NCBI GenBank assembly: GCA_963575745.1
Contig: CAUYUJ010000302.1
Span: 1-64,000 of the forward strand
Origin: Prorocentrum cordatum
Taxonomy: Eukaryota
Direction of reading: 5' to 3'
Length of the DNA: 64,000 bases
The position numbers and the translations under genes are program-made. Positions within the stretch are counted from its first letter, which is position 1, and every line of letters starts with the position of its first letter. Under the pieces are notes generated by a model. It searched no databases. It had not been told where the DNA came from and saw only the letters and a list, made by a program, of their open reading frames with translations. This document shows, piece by piece, positions 62,801-64,000 of the stretch.

Positions 62801-64000
62801 AGGGTCAAACGAGAGCGAGATCGACATTCGCTCCAGAACGACATCAAAGCCATTAACGATTTCAGAGAAGGCGTCGGCAAGAACCAAGTCGCCATGATGA
62901 GTGAACGCGCGGCAGCTCACATTGATATTGGCATGAAGTTCGTTGCCGTCCCTGCGTCTGGAAAGCTACGAGTGGTAGAGCCTTCCTATCAGGTATCTGC
63001 GGATATTGGTCGTGCTACGGCGTGGGCATCTACGAGGTACAAGTCCTCTGGCATGTGCTGCGGGCTGGAGGCCTTCAACAAGTGGGCGCACGATTTCATC
63101 ACTCATGCAGCGGCGCCAACAGAGCTCGACGGGATGAGGGGCAGTGAATACCGCAAGTGCTGTGACGCCGAGATGTGCATATGCGTTGGTCGGGGCAAGG
63201 ATCTGGCGAACCGCGTCGCGACGTTCCTCGGACTGGTGAAAGGTATTTGCAGCCCAGGGACTTCAGCACGATCGATGTTGGGCGATGGCAGGCTCGTGGC
63301 CGAGCTCATCGGCCATGGCCCCGACGGCCCCGACGGGGAGGACCTGAACTTGTACAGCTGGCTGCATTTTGGTCTTATGTATTGGTCGCCGTACCGCCCG
63401 ACCTTCATGGAAGTGGTGCCCGTGGAGCCGATTGAGGATCTGCCACCGAGAGACGACAGAGTCTACATCAAGGCGACGTGCCAGTTTAAGACATTGTTCA
63501 AGGCGCTAGACCTCTTGTTGGATTGCTCTCACTGGTCTGTTCGGTGGTACGTCCTGGAGCACTCGGGCAGGCCGATCGCGAACTTTTCGCCGTTGGTTGT
63601 TCCTGTGCTGCCTCTGGACGGCTATGCGGTGGCGCCTTTCTGGCCGCGCCATGGCGCGGCCGCGCGGGCCCCTGGACCTGGCGAGCACCACCTACCCGCT
63701 GCAGACGTCGAGGAATACATCGATGGCGTTGACCTCCCCGAGGGCGAGAGCGACCACGGGGGCGGCGACGCCGTCTGCGGCGGCCACGCCCACGCCGACG
63801 TGAGCGACGGCGATGATGAGCTCGATGACTTGATCGATGAGCTCGAGGCTGCCGCCGAAGTGGGCAGGGGGCAGGGGGCGGTAGCATCCCCCACTTGCTT
63901 CCCTTTCCTGTATCCCCCCCGTCCTCTCGTCTCTGCCTCCCGTCACCCCCTCGTCCCCGCCCCCCCTTGCTCCTGTCCACGCCGTCCTGTCTCTTGTAGC
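59837..64000 (+). CDS. Large stop-free ORF (at least 1388 codons, runs off the window): putative hAT-like (CxxH-type) DDE transposase with AT-hook and HMG-box-like region
   Basis: Hand translation from ATG 59837 shows no stop up to 64000. Motifs: KRRRGRPPK (AT-hook, ~60014); EFAAYD229; FAMTD351GDLTNEKGE; C376GSH; PTRYQEAKW; FPWVLF; DNGPQE806RAFARIRR; GGAWRAFCRKK..FSTWAVEYWNLPPDEK (HMG-like, ~62456-62583); CCDAEMCIC; acidic tail. The last ~130 nt may be intron. Confidence 0.8.
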   Translation, partial: MAEAGWGDLASLAAPTQPRAAAGAAAAEAWGDLASLAAPARPAGPAPLPAAALAEPPPTKRRRGRPPKEVLAVVAVEAPPTPQQVHPRPSDQRVLRLREQSVVLRGTGGLMNIVPARFSGFMDASSLARNFGAALQLSHVDADSCVDDDMAKVAEFVLSSGPAQSRLLSNAARSDKLQMDAKKVTRCVAVLGASTSIMDSLMQADIERYLAVTVPSDHLHQYAEFAAYDAADFSATLRGSASILGFTTSLPAGSTESSIRSAALVAPRRVRIAVEAPTYSGICKTMQTKLRYSMLVTMDDVLTIVVYAKSASLGLLERGTGECVALSQIRASGATAWSNHFKSSARFAMTDGDLTNEKGERIVGQQRNWDRHRETCGSHLISTSYKKAMAPLTASLRGMLNHQLSFQMTGDMMCWQKCIYDDVEERCLILEGSCSDEASLHRRLVLRTFCSSSERSNVMSKVLLSTLPNGDWRRCDHVCYHVADLGIDETDRHAIVHVLASGLSTALAPHMPTRYQEAKWCRGEVATDETAIGEACHRVFSFAFRRYMLAHGHAVGALPRGRGGTDALRMSVRSQAQPGHGDPPIADGEVAEAADFTPKHDAEDGAIKNARFRKVAWKWWSCNPLGLLVLQRNAMECLRAMRDHNFYLNGPAFERRQTAEAARKIQAGSTDLLVRDFAPLALARGEVGELCYDKLERLFTVDAMWMCMPDDCFTVEFRALSFQVLSRLGCAVEYLWRVERRGFPWVLFLTLERPGTKDRVSKMSQHLMDPISLRIITDHPDLQGDLCDAKIFAFMLKWPCDNGPQERAFARIRRTVESKSAHLPQISFSDMSNEWMFQQSAARASRQLFTDELGQSTERRCLEPGDGKRWTTAGGAWRAFCRKKLLASSGVADFSTWAVEYWNLPPDEKAQLKEIGASAALANRSGLVTTKSSFGPTPSEAGRKAKRQQSVTEAIQNVGCTEVELCSRIPHCQLPSLDEALTSCRAVMRVKRERDRHSLQNDIKAINDFREGVGKNQVAMMSERAAAHIDIGMKFVAVPASGKLRVVEPSYQVSADIGRATAWASTRYKSSGMCCGLEAFNKWAHDFITHAAAPTELDGMRGSEYRKCCDAEMCICVGRGKDLANRVATFLGLVKGICSPGTSARSMLGDGRLVAELIGHGPDGPDGEDLNLYSWLHFGLMYWSPYRPTFMEVVPVEPIEDLPPRDDRVYIKATCQFKTLFKALDLLLDCSHWSVRWYVLEHSGRPIANFSPLVVPVLPLDGYAVAPFWPRHGAAARAPGPGEHHLPAADVEEYIDGVDLPEGESDHGGGDAVCGGHAHADVSDGDDELDDLIDELEAAAEVGRGQGAVASPTCFPFLYPPRPLVSASRHPLVPAPPCSCPRRPVSCS

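Noticed and set aside
60245..63980. Short ORFs listed by the track in this region
   Set aside because: They are antisense or out-of-frame shadows of the single long +2 ORF starting at 59837.

Overview
This is eukaryotic, GC-rich, repeat-dense nuclear DNA, most likely from a dinoflagellate (inferred from GC/GA intron donors, AG|G acceptors and the TE families present). Most of the supplied ORF track is low-complexity or antisense noise. (1) Four small exons (27517-27582, 44671-44740, 45394-45458, 50543-50578) splice in frame into the middle and C-terminal part of a 60S acidic ribosomal protein P2. I found neither its first nor its last exon, so most or all of the window may be intron of this small gene. 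(2) The sequence around these exons is filled with transposons: a CMC/EnSpm-like DDE transposase (10081-12813) broken by three intron- or MITE-like inserts and preceded by an unannotated multi-exon gene (3793-8543); a DIRS-like retroelement (RT, RNase H, degenerate C5-methyltransferase-like domain, Zn fingers, truncated tyrosine recombinase; ~16.2-22.55 kb); a decayed LINE with a C5-methyltransferase-like tail (~27.8-30.3 kb); a LINE with APE, RT and RNase H (~38.8-44.1 kb); and a minus-strand Copia element with a methyltransferase-like domain between protease and integrase (~51.0-58.7 kb). (3) A stop-free ORF of at least 1388 codons (59837 to the window end) is absent from the ORF track and looks like a large hAT-like DDE transposase with an AT-hook and an HMG-box-like segment. 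There are also MITE-like elements, tandem duplications, a ~65-bp-period palindromic array and many microsatellites. No rRNA, tRNA or true CRISPR was recognised. All domain calls are by-eye motif recognition; no database search was run.
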